NCBI RefSeq assembly: GCF_006345805.1 | Contig: NC_043000.1 | Coordinates: forward strand, 45,136,001-45,200,000 | From: Octopus sinensis | Taxonomy: Eukaryota | Reading direction: 5' to 3' | DNA length: 64,000 bases | In this document: one piece after another, positions 25,519 to 37,659 of the stretch | How the letters are laid out: each line of letters begins with the position of its first letter | Numbering within the stretch: position 1 is the stretch's first letter | The notes under the pieces: generated by a model | What the model saw: only the letters and a program-made list of their open reading frames with translations | Databases searched by the model: none | Told to the model about the DNA's origin: nothing | Position numbers and translations under genes: made by a program

Positions 25519-25871
25519 TCTCTCTATATATAAACGACAGTTTGTCTGTGTGTGTTTCTGTGTGTCTGTTTGGTTGTACCCTCACCCTGACCACTGCTTT
25601 CAACCGATTCTGATGAAACTTGACACACACATAGCCCAATGTCATAATTCAAAACTAACGCAGCGAAAATTTTGAAAAGTTCCCCCAGTTCTGAAAAAAA
25701 TCAATAAATTCGACATGGGGTCGAGAATCAGAAACACAAACCACAGACTGTCTAGGGGACGCAACTCGACCTTTTTTAACTCTCAAAAAAAATTTACCGT
25801 AATTTTTTTCCCATTTTTTTGCTATTTTTTGGCTATAACTCTCTAAAAATGCTTTATAGTTATTTCCCTAG
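25519..25871 (+). mobile_element. Non-autonomous Helitron-like element
   Basis: A|TCTCTCTATATATAAA...CCCTAG|T termini, with a gtctgtgtgtgt tract and ccgattctgatgaaact motif near the 5' end. 3' hairpin is not evident. Confidence 0.65.
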
Positions 25872-26020
25872 TATAGGATAAAAAGAAATTAATTGGTTTG
25901 TTTGAATAAATGAGCATATTCCTGAAAATATGCATGGAATTTTACACCCTAAATAGTGGTTCATCACATCTGTACCAACATCTAAGTTGGGATAAATTCA
26001 AATTAAGTCTTTTTTATGCT

Positions 26021-26054
<34 letters not shown>

Positions 26055-26855
26055 TCTCCCCCTCTCTGTATCTACATAAATGTGTGTGTATGGGTGTGTG
26101 CATATGTGTGTATATGTATATATATACACATACATACACACATATATGCATGCCACATACACACATACATACACACATACATACAGACAGATAGATTGAT
26201 AGATAGAAAGAAAGAGAGAGTGAGAGAGAGATGTACATGTTTATGCATTTATATAAATACACACACACACATACACACACACGCACACACATACACACAC
26301 ACACACACACACAAATATGGATGTATGGATCTGTGCATATATGTATCACCCCTGTATCACCCACTCTATCAAAAAACATAGATTCACTTGCTGCTTATAT
26401 GCTGTAACATAGATAATAGTTTTTAATGTGCATTGAAAATATTCCAGATACTTTACAAAAGGTATTGGACATGTGAGCATAATGAATCTGAGTGTAGTAT
26501 TCTTATTTAAATTAACATTCGTTATTAAATTCAAGGTTTCCATATGGCTTTTTTCCCTTGTCACAATAACATGTAAATGAATTGCATTTCTGAGATTGCT
26601 CAATGGAATTTGCACTATTATCTTTCAAAATAATTTTCCCCATAATTAGCTCTGTATCCATATAAAAATATATTTCTTAGATTTTATGCAGTATTATATT
26701 TCAGTACAAAGGTTATACTGAAAGAATGATGTAGTGAGCATGACTGTTTTATCAAATGATGCAGGTCATTGAAATTGCACATGATAAAAAATGTAAGTCT
26801 TCTTCTATCCAACGATATTACTCAACATGCATTTATATATATATATATATATATG

Positions 26856-26896
<41 letters not shown>

Positions 26897-26899
<3 letters not shown>

Positions 26900-28332
26900 G
26901 AAAACAACTTCCGTCACTTTCCAGGGGGAAAAACTAGAAGTAGTTGATAGCTTCCGTTATCTAGGTGACCAAGTCAGTAGTGGGGGTGGGTGCACTGAAA
27001 GTGTAACTGCTAGAATAAGAATAGCCTGGGCAAAGTTTAGGGAGCTCTTACCTCTGCTGGTGACTAAAGGCCTCTCGCTCAGAGTAAAAGGCAGACTGTA
27101 TGATGCGTGTGTATGAACAGCCATGCTACATGGCAGCGAAACATGGGCCGTGACTGCTGAGGACATGCGTAAGCTCACGAGGAATGAAGCCAGTATGCTC
27201 CGATGGATGTGTAATGTCAGTGTACATACTCGACAGAGCGTTAGTACCTTGAGAGAAATGTTGTACCTAAGAAGCATCAGTTGTGGTGTGCAAGAGAGAC
27301 GATTGCGCTGGTATGGTCATGTGGCGAGAATGGATGAAGATAGGTGTGTGAGAAAGTGCCAATCCCTAGCAGTTGAGGGAACCCGTGGAAGAGGTAGACC
27401 CAGGAAAACCTGAGACGAGGTGGTGAAGCACGACCTTCGAACTTTAGGCCTCACTGAGGAAATGACCAGCGACCAAGACCTTTGGAAATATTCTGTACGT
27501 GAGAAGACCAGGCAGGACAAGTGAGCCCAGCCCACTTATGAATGCCTTTCCTCCCTTGGACACAAAGACCTGTTGAGGCAAGCGAAGTCGATATAGAACC
27601 TCATCCGACGACAGACACCCATGCCAACCCCCCATGCTTCCGAAGACATGTTGGGGCAAGCGAAACCGAATTGAACCAGCCAGGATCCCTGGCCTGGTGG
27701 TACGTAAAAAGCACTATCCGACTCGTGGCCGTGGCACGTAAAATACTCCAATGCGACCGTACGACAGGCACCCATGCCAACCCCCTTTGCTTGTGAAGAC
27801 ATGTTGGGGCAAGCGAAATCGAAATCGAATTGAACCAGCCAGGATCCCTGGTCTGGTGGTACGTAAAAAGCACTATCCGACTCGTGGCCATGGCACGTAA
27901 AATACTCCAATGCGACCGTACGACAGGCACCCATGCCAACCCCCTTTGCTTGTGAAGACATGTTGGGGCAAGCGAAATCGATATCGAATTGAACCAGCCA
28001 GGATCCCTGGTCTGGTGGTACGTAAAAAGCACTATCCGACTCGTGGCCGATGCCAGCACCGCCTCGACTGGCTTCCGTGCCGGTGGCACATAAAATACAC
28101 CAATCTGACCGTGGCCGTTGCCAGCCTCGCCTGGCACCTGTGCAGGTGGCACGTAAAAAGCACCCACTACACTCACGGAGTGGTTGGCGTTAGGAAGGGC
28201 ATCCAGCTGTAGAAACATTGCCAGATTAGACTGGAGCCTGGTGCAGCCTTCTGGCTTCCCAGAACCCCAGTCGAACCGTCCAACCCATGCTAGCATGGAG
28301 AACGGACGTTAAACGATGATGATGATGATGAT
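26897..28332 (+). mobile_element. 5'-truncated RTE LINE (RT thumb/C-terminus plus complete 3' UTR and (GAT)n tail)
   Basis: GEKLEVVDSFRYLG...ARIRIAWAKF...MLHGSETW...RRLRWYGHVARM...RGRGRPRKT, with two in-frame TGA stops. Flanked by (TA)n. Confidence 0.92.
27616..28049 (+). repeat. Tandem array of ~2.8 x 153-159-bp units inside the RTE 3' UTR
   Basis: cacccatgccaaccccc starts at 27616, 27769 and 27928. Confidence 0.9.
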
Positions 28333-28489
28333 GATATATATATATATATATATATGTACATACATATATATATGATACATACATATATATATATATATAC
28401 ATGTATGAATCAAATGAAATAAAAAACAACACAAAGGATGTCGCGGTACACGTGTTTCAAGCTTTATAAAACAACTTATCCTTATAGCA

Positions 28490-29600
28490 CTTGTGTATAT
28501 ACTTGTGCATTTGCACTGTATTCAAACCCAGCTCTCAAACTTCTTTGAAATGATTTAGGCATGAACTGTTGCACCTAGAATTTCATTATCTATTCTATAT
28601 CATTTGAATCACTGAATCATTCTCCCTAAAGATTGTTCTTCATTGGATATAACAAAGGAAGCCAGAGGGTCCCAGATCAAGGTTGTACAATGAATGGGGT
28701 TCACCATCCAGCCCAATTTGACAATCACCATTCTTGTGTCTGTGTGTGTGAAAACTTGGGTCTCTTCATCTTAATAACTTTTCAAGCATTAAGTGTATCA
28801 CACTATTGTGTGCACTTCTCACATTACATCTACATTCCAGAAAACTATGGAGAATCATACCCTTGAGATTCAAAAATGCAGCCACCATAATGTTCTGTGC
28901 TAATTGCTGGCTCTTGAATTTATGAAGCTTTCGAGAAGAAGGTTTGATGGACTGAGCATCTGTTTCCAGATCATAAAAATACATCCATACATAATCTCCT
29001 GTTATCAGTTAGGAAACATATGTCTTCACTGGCTTCAAACATTTCCCTGAGATGAGAGGAAATGTTCATCACTTTCTGCTTTAAGTTTGGTGACCCTCAT
29101 TGCACACACTTTCCATTATGCAATGTCTTCCACTACCTCCTGTAATGCACTGTTACCACAGTCTAATTGTGCAGCAGGCTCATGTGCTATGGACTCAGCT
29201 GTCTGCACAGATCAATTTGTTAATTCATGGATAATTTGCATCAATTATTGTAGTTGACAGTCTTCCACTGCATAGTTTATCTTCGATGTTGGGTTTTCCT
29301 TATTTAAACTTCATCCATTTGTGCACATTACTCTTGTTAATGATACTGTCTGCATAAACCACCTATAGTTTTCAATGGATGTTGGGTAGCCTGCATGGGG
29401 AATGAAGCTGGGTGCTCCTTTAAGAACTTAATGATGGTATGTTGCATTTGCTTAGAAACAATTATTTTCCTGCAGATATTTACCTGAGATATTCTCAACT
29501 AAAATGTGCAATTTGAACAACCTAAGTTAGCTAATCTAAAACTTATAGTCACTTTTGTATTACTTCTGTGCAACTTTTGCACATATAATATTTGGAACAG
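28490..29600 (-). mobile_element. Decayed mariner transposase
   Basis: YFYDLETDAQS...KFKSQQLAQNIMVAAFLNLKGMILH matches mariner YYDPETKxQS...KVMATVFWDxKG. Confidence 0.7.
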
Positions 29601-30297
29601 GATTATCTAGAAAAGTTCAATATAAGTGGTGAAAAGCAGAGAGGAAGCTGCTGCAGCCAAACTAATTGAAGTGAAAGTTCAAATAAAAGGTTTCAGCCAT
29701 TAGTTTTAGGAATGGTTCAATGAATTATATAGCATGAATGTGTTACTGGTCTAATATAGAGTTTAATATACAGCTAATTCATACTATGGGCATAAACTCA
29801 ATGATTCAGTGAACAATTTAGTGTATTTCTCATTTGAAACATTGGCTCTGTAAGATTAACTGTCAAACTTGTTATTTTATGACAATAATAAACACAATTT
29901 AGCCAAATAGATATAGTTTTCTTGTAAGATTGTATCACAAAAACTTTCATTCCAGCTAAGAAGCAATGGATAAAAAAATAAATGAAAATCAGCTGAGGTC
30001 TATATGTATATGTATGTTTATCTATGAATATATAAATACACATGCACACACACACACACATATGGGTTTGGTGATGCAAACAGGAAAACAAATATTAAAG
30101 CATGAGAATTTATATATGTATTTTCAATCATATTTAAATTTATTTATTTGTTTCTTTATTTCTCTGATGACAGTGAGGAAAGTCAAACTTATGTCACTGT
30201 CAACATTTCCTTTGTGAAAGTTTATATATATGTATACCAGTGTGTGTGTGTGTGTGTGCATACACATAAATATATACACACTTGTATGTATACACAA

Positions 30298-30480
30298 ATG
30301 TACTGGATTGTCAAATAAATTCATTCATTTTTATTTCAAAACTTATTTTCCATCAACAGTTTTTACAAATCTATCACAATTTTTTGCCAATGTTCCATTT
30401 GTTTGTCAATGCTTTGACCATAGAAATCATTGAATTTAGACTCAGAAAATTCATTGAGCCACTTTTTACAGCTCACTGTT
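30298..30480 (-). mobile_element. Mariner 3' end fragment
   Basis: KWLNEFSESKFNDFYGQSIDKQMEHWQK matches the mariner C-terminus. Confidence 0.6.
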
Positions 30481-30793
30481 ATTAAACAACTGACTTCACA
30501 GACTGTTCGAGAGCGACTGATAAGGGTACTATACTGAAGATGATGTATCAGGAAAATATAATGTGAGCAGTCATCATATATCTGAAAAGTGACAAAATTT
30601 ATTCACATTTCAAAAGCTACAAGCAAAATGTGTAAAAGGAGAATAAAACTATATAAAATTGTTAAGGATTTTCATAAAATTATATTTTGTCTTAATTCAA
30701 ATAATGTTGGAAAGAAACAGATGATTTTATCAGACCAGCACAAAATAGCTGCATGTATATATTTATATAAATATTTATATATATATATATATA

Positions 30794-31176
30794 TGTAAAT
30801 ATAATATGTGACAATTATTCAGTAGCCATAATAAAACTCCGAGTTTCGGATGTTGGGGTGGAAACCCACGCCGCCATTTCTTCAGTTATCCGGCCATTGA
30901 AAAAAATGCTATGAAAATGACCGTTAAACAAAGGGAAATTACTGTTTGATTGACCGTTATTAAGACAAAAGAGCTATTAGAATGACCGCTAAGTAAGGGG
31001 AATTTGTTTTAATAATGGGCAATCACACAGTAATTTCCTTTTGTTTAACAGTCATTTCATAGCATTTTTTCGATGGCCGGATAACTGAAGAGATGGTGGC
31101 GTGGGTTTTTGTCCCAACATTTGAAACTGAGAGATTTATCATGGCTACTGAGTAATTGTCACATATTATATTTACA
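30794..31176. repeat. Imperfect ~160-bp inverted repeat (30794-30957 / 31016-31176) with a hammerhead-like motif in each arm; Penelope-like
   Basis: Arms align with scattered mismatches. (TA)n lies immediately to the left. Confidence 0.88.
30825..30894 (-). ncRNA. Degenerate type-I hammerhead-like motif (twin on + strand at 31076-31145)
   Basis: AUAA-CUGAAGA-[AAUG...GUGG GUUU CCAC...CAUCC]-GAAA-CUCGGAG-UU-UUAU. The base of stem II is mispaired, and the plus copy has also lost U16.1. Confidence 0.5.
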
Positions 31177-31242
31177 AATACATTCCTCTATTTACATAAT
31201 ATCGCAGTCACTTTTATTCTTTTGTTGTCTTATCATTTCTAT

Positions 31243-31280
<38 letters not shown>

Positions 31281-31596
31281 AATATATACGTTTTATTTAT
31301 TATTTTGCACATTACTTAATCATTGTTATATGTTTTATCTTATATTTAATATTTCTATAATATGTAATTTTTCTATTTGGTATAATTTAATTTTTCATTA
31401 TTGAATTGATAAAAGGTGGGTTTTTTCTAATTTATATATATATATATTATATTTGTGAAATTTGATTTAGTATTTCTAAATTGAATTTTCCCTGTAAGTT
31501 TAGAATAATATTCCCTCATTTTATATATATATATATACCTATTTATACATGTGTGTGTATGAATGCATGCATGTGTGTGTGTGTGTATATATACAT

Positions 31597-31751
31597 GGAG
31601 TGGTTGGCATTAGGAAGGGCATCCAGCTGTAGAAACATTGCCAGATAAGACCGGAGCCTGGGGCAGTCTTCTGGCTTCCCAGATCCCCGGTCGAACCGTC
31701 CAACCCATGCTAGCATGGAGAACGGATGTTAAACGATGATGATGATGATGA
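31597..31751 (+). mobile_element. Short RTE 3' end with (GAT)n tail
   Basis: Near-identical to 28177-28332. Confidence 0.85.
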
Positions 31752-31783
31752 TATATATATATATATATAATATATATATATAT

Positions 31784-31838
<55 letters not shown>

Positions 31839-32338
31839 TATAGATAGACACACACACACACACACAATGATGACTGATCACTGTACAACGATGACAGGTC
31901 ACAGTCACTTCACCATCAGCTGGATTTGATTCAAAAATACAGTGTTCTTTGTAGAGCTACCATACCAAGTTTAATCCCAACGTGAAACACATTATTTTAT
32001 CAAGTAAACGAATATGTCACAATATATCATGATACAAGCAAAAGGTGTAAATGTTCAAAGTGATTTTTATTGCTAATGTACTAAATTAAATTGGATAAGT
32101 AACTTTGTAGTTAAGAATGTATTCTATTAGTTGACAGTATCTTCACAAGAAACAATTACATAGCAATTTATGATTGGTGGCAATTATTCATATTAGGTTT
32201 CCCTAGGTTTTTAAGATGTTGGCAAATGGTAAAGGAATGTCTTATACTAACATCAAAGAACATTGATTTATTACAAATGTGTTTGATCTTTAGTTTAAAT
32301 ACTAACACTAGTGTTATTTTATAATAACAATAATAATA

Positions 32339-32375
<37 letters not shown>

Positions 32376-32609
32376 TAATAATAATAATAATAATAATGAT
32401 AATAATAATAATAATAATAATGATAATAATAGACAAGATTTGGCAATCAGATTTGTTTATTTTAAACTATAGAGAATTTTATGAACGTAGATTTCTTTAA
32501 GAAAGGATCTTAAAAAACTGAAAAGCATGATTTGATCAAAAGGTCATGTCTCATAAAAAACTAAAAGCTCTATGTTCAATTTATCATAATTATTATTGTT
32601 ATTATTATT

Positions 32610-33387
32610 ATTGACCTGGCAGAATTGTTAATACACCGGGAAAAATTGCTTGACGACATTTCATCCATCTTTATGTGCAAGAGTTCAAATTCTTCCAATG
32701 TCGATTTTGCTTTTCATTTTTGGGGGGTCAATAAAATATGTACCAGCTGAGCAATGGTGTCAATGTAATTGACTTACTCCCTACCACCAAATTGCTGGCC
32801 TTGTATGAAAATTTGAAACCATTATTATTATTAATATTATTATTATCATTATTATTATTATCATCATCACCATTATTATTATTTTGCAAAATTATTAGTG
32901 TTCGACAAAATGGTTTACTGTATTTCTTCCAGATGATTAGATTCTGAGTTCAAATCAAGGTGTAGTCAACTTTCCCTTTCACCATGTTAGAATCATTAAA
33001 TTAAAGTGCAATTCAATAATGGGTTGATGATATTTCCAAATGAACTTTCCTCGAAATTGCTATCAATCTTCAAAAGAATGATTATTGTTGTTGTTGTTTC
33101 TATTTTAGACAAGAGGCCACCAACTTACCAAGTGTTGTGAGCTAGCAGAATTGTTAGTATGATGAGCAACATGCTGAGGGGCATTTCATCTGTCTTCATG
33201 CTCTGAGTTCAAATTCCACCAAGATCAACTTTACTTTTCATCCTTTTGAGGATGAAAAGCACAAGTACCATTTGAGTACTGGAAATGTAATCAACTTAAC
33301 CCTTTCCCCAAAAATCAGGCCCTGTGCTTATAATGAAAAGGATTATTATTATTATTATTAATATTATTATTATTATCATTATTATTA

Positions 33388-33427
<40 letters not shown>

Positions 33428-33570
33428 CCAAATTCCGCCGAGGCCGACTTTGCCTTTCATCTTTTTGGTGGGGTTGATGAAATAAGTACCAGTTACACAC
33501 TGGGGTCGATGTAAATGTCTATCCCCTCCCCTAAATTTTCAGGTTATGTGCCTACAGTAGAAAGGATCAT
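32610..33570 (+). mobile_element. Three diverged or partial SINE family B copies interspersed with (ATT)n
   Basis: gagttcaaattcc...gactttgcctttcatc...aagtaccag motifs at ~32680, ~33205 and ~33430. Confidence 0.7.
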
Positions 33571-33581
33571 TATTATTATTA

Positions 33582-33623
<42 letters not shown>

Positions 33624-33880
33624 GTATTATCATTTTCCAATTGAATTGCATATTATTTCATCTTCTGACCAGGTCTCAACCAGAGACCTCAGGCACATAT
33701 ATATTAGATGGAGAGAAACTTCCTGAGAATGTGGGCAGTTGATGCCAGCACCATCATTTGGTAAAAAGATTTGTCAGTACCTTTCTTGATCATTGCCAGT
33801 GCACCTATAACAACAGGGACAGTCTTGGTTTTTACTGATCATTCCCAGGATACCTACAACAGGGGTGGTTTTACTATTAT
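33570..33880 (-). mobile_element. 3' end fragment(s) of an R4/Dong-like LINE followed by (AAT)n
   Basis: KTKTVPVVIGALAMIKKG...ASTAHILRKFLSI*, then a short UTR and an (AAT)n tract. Confidence 0.7.
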
Positions 33881-33889
33881 TATTATTTC

Positions 33890-35770
33890 TCTTTATCACA
33901 GGTTTTGTTGGAGCTCTTGGAGCCTTGCTTGCATGCATAACGGGCTTGCTACCAGCATGATATCCATTCTTTTCAGCTATCTAATACTTTCCTGATTATT
34001 CTGGTCATGACAAGGAGGAAAACTTTTTGTGACAGTTCTACTGGGCTTTATCTTCAAATTTCCTTTATATTCTCCTTGATGCTTTCTGACACTGTTTCCA
34101 AGGACCCAACAATAACTGGCACTATCTTCATCTTCTTCATTTTCCATAGCCGGGCTATTTTACACTTGAGGGGGGTTGTATTTATCTTTTCACCTTCCTT
34201 CTTGATTATTTGTGAGTCAAAGAGGGTTGCAACATCAACTATATAGCATATGTGATGCACCTTGTCCACCATCACTAGATCTGGTCGGTTATGCTCTAGC
34301 ACCTGATCTGTTTGGAATTGGAAATTCCAGAGGATTTTGCTCGTCTCCAACTCTACCACTCTCTGTGTATTGAGCTCATACGATGTCTTGCTTCTCTCAA
34401 GCCCCCACTTTTCACACAGTTTCCAATGTAGCTCTTTTGCTACCTGATCATGTCACCACAACTTGTAATGGTTTGGGGAAAGTCTAGGGCATTCGTTTGC
34501 AATATGGGCAATGGTTTCATCCACTCTATTGCAGATGTGGAATAGTGGAGACACTTGTTCATTGCTCAAGTTGACTCTCTAAATTCATGGCCAAAGCTTG
34601 ATCTTGCACTGCCTATATAGTGCTCTTAGTCTCCTTTTTTTTCAGTGTTACTTTCATCAGCCAATCTAACCTATTTTTTCCAACAACTTCTGTTGTGGCT
34701 GTATGGAATTGATTGTGTAGTCTCTTCTTGCATAATTTTTCTTCATGTTCTTTTTGTATTTCTTTGTTTTTCTTTTTTCTCTGCTTTCAATACTCTCTCA
34801 TTCCTAACTGTCACTAGCAAGGTTTCCTTACTTTGGGATAGGTACCTCATGAAGCTCTCAAGTTTGATAGATACACATCTTCCACACTTATCATTTCTTT
34901 TCCTCCATTTGCTCTCTTCATGTATAGGTAATCAGTGTCTGTGGATGGTGGGAGCTTTCTTGACTTCTTGTCCATCTCCTTTAGCTCCTCCTCTGTCCAC
35001 TTCAGGATTCCAGTGCCTATTGCAACTGCATGCAAGTTTATTGCCAAAGTTATGGTTCCAGCATTCACCTTTGAAGCCAATATTTTTCTCATTTATCACA
35101 AGTACTCACTTTTTGTATTTTCCTTCATGTCGTGTTTAATTCCATCTACCTCAAGTATTCCCAGGTATTTATGGCTGGATTGAGATTGAATTGTGTTCAT
35201 CATTTCACCACTTGACAACCATATGCCTTCTGTCCTGACATGCTTTCCTCAACAAATCACAATTGTAGCACATTTTGAGAGTCCAAACTCCATCTTAATA
35301 TCATTGGAGAAAATCCGCACTGACTGAACTAAGCTGCTCAGTTCTGCATCAGTTTTTGTGAATAGCTTGAGATCGTCCATGAATAGCAAGTGGTTCAGTT
35401 TTTCCTTACCTTTCCATAGACAATACCCTAACTTTGTTTTCTGTAGTATTTCACTCAAAGGGATCATTCCCAACATGAAGATCAGTGGAGAAACACTATC
35501 TCCCTGGAAGATTCCTCTCTTGATTTTCACTTCTCTTAATACTTCATTTTCTGCTGTCAATTCCATCCTCCAGCACTTCACGCTATTCCATATAAGGATT
35601 CTCATATTTTCTGCAACTCCATACATTTCCATTGTTCTTATTAACCAGGAGTGGGGTATCATATTGTATGCTTTATGGTAGTCAGCCCATGCCATGCTCA
35701 GGTTTGTGTGTCTTCTCTTGAAACTCCTGTTAATTAGATTATCAATTAAGAGTTGATCCTTATCAATAAT
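33890..35770 (-). mobile_element. R4/Dong-like (REL-endonuclease) LINE, 5'-truncated pseudogene
   Basis: RT motifs MAWADYHKAYNMIPHSW, GIFQGDSVSPL, HLLFMDDLKLF. C-terminal RPDLVMVDK...IVDVA...IVPVIVGSL (PD-(D/E)xK-type domain). Confidence 0.9.
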
Positions 35771-36474
35771 ATTAATATGCTTAGTTCTGCATGTTTTTGT
35801 ACATACCTGTGGTGTGTGTCACACTTCAAAGGAAGAGGTGAAAAGGTTGAAGGGAGAGGTACAAAGCGAGAGAGAGGAGGGACAGAGAGGGAGTGAGATG
35901 GGGCGAGTGAATGGTGACTGAAAAGAAGAGACAATAAATGTTTATCAGTATCTTCAGAGTAGAATGATTCATACATCGAAAGAAAAGTAGATACATAGAC
36001 ACATTGGTAAATCAAAGACAAATAACTACAGCAAATATTCATTACCACACCAGGATAAAATTAACATGCAAGTGGCTGTGTACTCCATAGACATGCACAT
36101 CATTAACTCAGGAAGATTCAGCCTCATGCAGAATGTGACAAGGCTGGCATCTTTGTATTACAGCTATGAGTAGACTGGAGCATGATAAACCGTCAAGTGG
36201 CTGGAACAAAATGAAATAAAGTCCAATACAGGGGTAGGAAAATCTTTTTAGTTGTACAGAAGAGGTAAAGTTGAAGTGAGTGGCACAGCGAGAGTGAGAT
36301 TGCACAGAGAGGGAGTGAGAGAGAAAGAGAAAGGGTGAGAGAGAGAGAGAGAGTGGTGGCTGAAAGGAAGAGAGAAAACATGGTTATCAGTATTTTAAAA
36401 GTAGACTGATACATACATCGAAAGAAAAGTAGACATAGATCTATGGGTGTTAATCTGGTCCTAACAGTGGTCTG

Positions 36475-36521
<47 letters not shown>

Positions 36522-36877
36522 GTCTGTCTGTTTGTCTGTCTGTCTATCTATCTATCTACATATCTCTCCATCTATCTATTTATCGATATGTCTGTCTCTC
36601 CCTCTCTCTCACACACAAACCCTCTCTCTTTCAGTAAATATCTGAGGATGTTACTGTTACTTTTCTACACTTAAAGGGAGAGGTGGAAATAAAAATAAAA
36701 ATAAAAGGTGTTCAGTAGATAAGGTATACTTGAAGTGAGTGATAAAGTGAGAGAGAAGAGGGACAGAGAGGGAGTGAGACAGAGAGTGAGTGGTAACTGA
36801 AAGAAAGTGACGTTTGTTTGGTGCTTTTAAATGTTTATCAGTATTTTCAGAATTGACAGATACATAACCACAGCAAA

Positions 36878-37065
36878 CATTTACATTATTTACATTGTTT
36901 ACATTTGACACATATTCCTCCTCATCTTGTTTGTTGTTAACACAGCGTTTTGGCTGATATACCCTCCAGCCTTCATCAGGCGTCTTTGGGAAATTTCAAA
37001 CCTGGGTTCTCATTCCTAAGGTATTTTTTTATGTTGTTGTTATTATTATTATTATTATTATTAGT

Positions 37066-37105
<40 letters not shown>

Positions 37106-37232
37106 TATATTATTATTATTATATTATTATTATTATTATATTATTATTATTATTATTCAGGTCACTGTCTGGAATCAAACTCGGAATCTTGGGGTTAGTA
37201 GCCTGCACTATTAACCACTACACCATATGTCC
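36878..37232 (-). mobile_element. tRNA-headed SINE-like element with an internal (AAT)n tract and a 3' hammerhead-like module
   Basis: A box TGGTGTAGTGG (37215-37225), B-box-like GAGTTTGATTC (37172-37182), (AAT)n 37030-37156, HHR-like motif 36939-36984, short AATGTAAA repeats at the 3' end. Confidence 0.7.
36939..36984 (-). ncRNA. Degenerate minimal type-I hammerhead
   Basis: GACGC-CUGAUGA-A-GGCUG(GAGGGUAUAU)CAGCC-AAAA-CG-CU-GUGUU. Stems I and II pair, but G12>A and U16.1>C. Confidence 0.6.
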
Positions 37233-37659
37233 AAAGAATGTACATAATTTCTCAACTCTTATAAATAGAAATGTACAGCAAATATTGGATATTACTTTTA
37301 CTTTCCTACAATATAATTAATTACCGTATTCTATATACTGGGTCCTCAGCCAATATTGGATATTACAGTAAGTGTCAAAGTATAGACACATTTCTCATGG
37401 CACCTGCACACAATTTGCAGATGCTTACATTTTTTGTTTTCCTTGAAGTTATTGTTGTTGTTGTTGTTATGATTTTCAATAGCATCTTTCAATTTTGCTT
37501 CCATTTCCTGCTGACTGTCTTCCTAACACCTAAGGTAGAGAAAAGTACTGTATACACTGGTAGGCAATTAAAATAAACACACCAGATTGTTCATTTACAA
37601 AGTCATGTGATAGAGAAAAAGGAAAAAATAAAAATAAAAAAGTAAACAAATAAAATAAA

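Noticed and set aside
27616-28049. CRISPR-like or regularly spaced repeat array
   Set aside because: Units are contiguous tandem copies with no unique spacers, in a eukaryotic LINE UTR with no cas genes.
27601-28296. 231-aa minus ORF with internal repeats
   Set aside because: Antisense read-through of the GC-rich RTE 3' UTR tandem array.
30530-30570. Hammerhead at CTGAAGA-TGATGTATCAG-GAAA
   Set aside because: No stem III and at most a 2-bp stem I. Other CTGATGA/CTGAAGA hits (11853, 14824, 25609, 56147, 58941) lack a paired GAAA.
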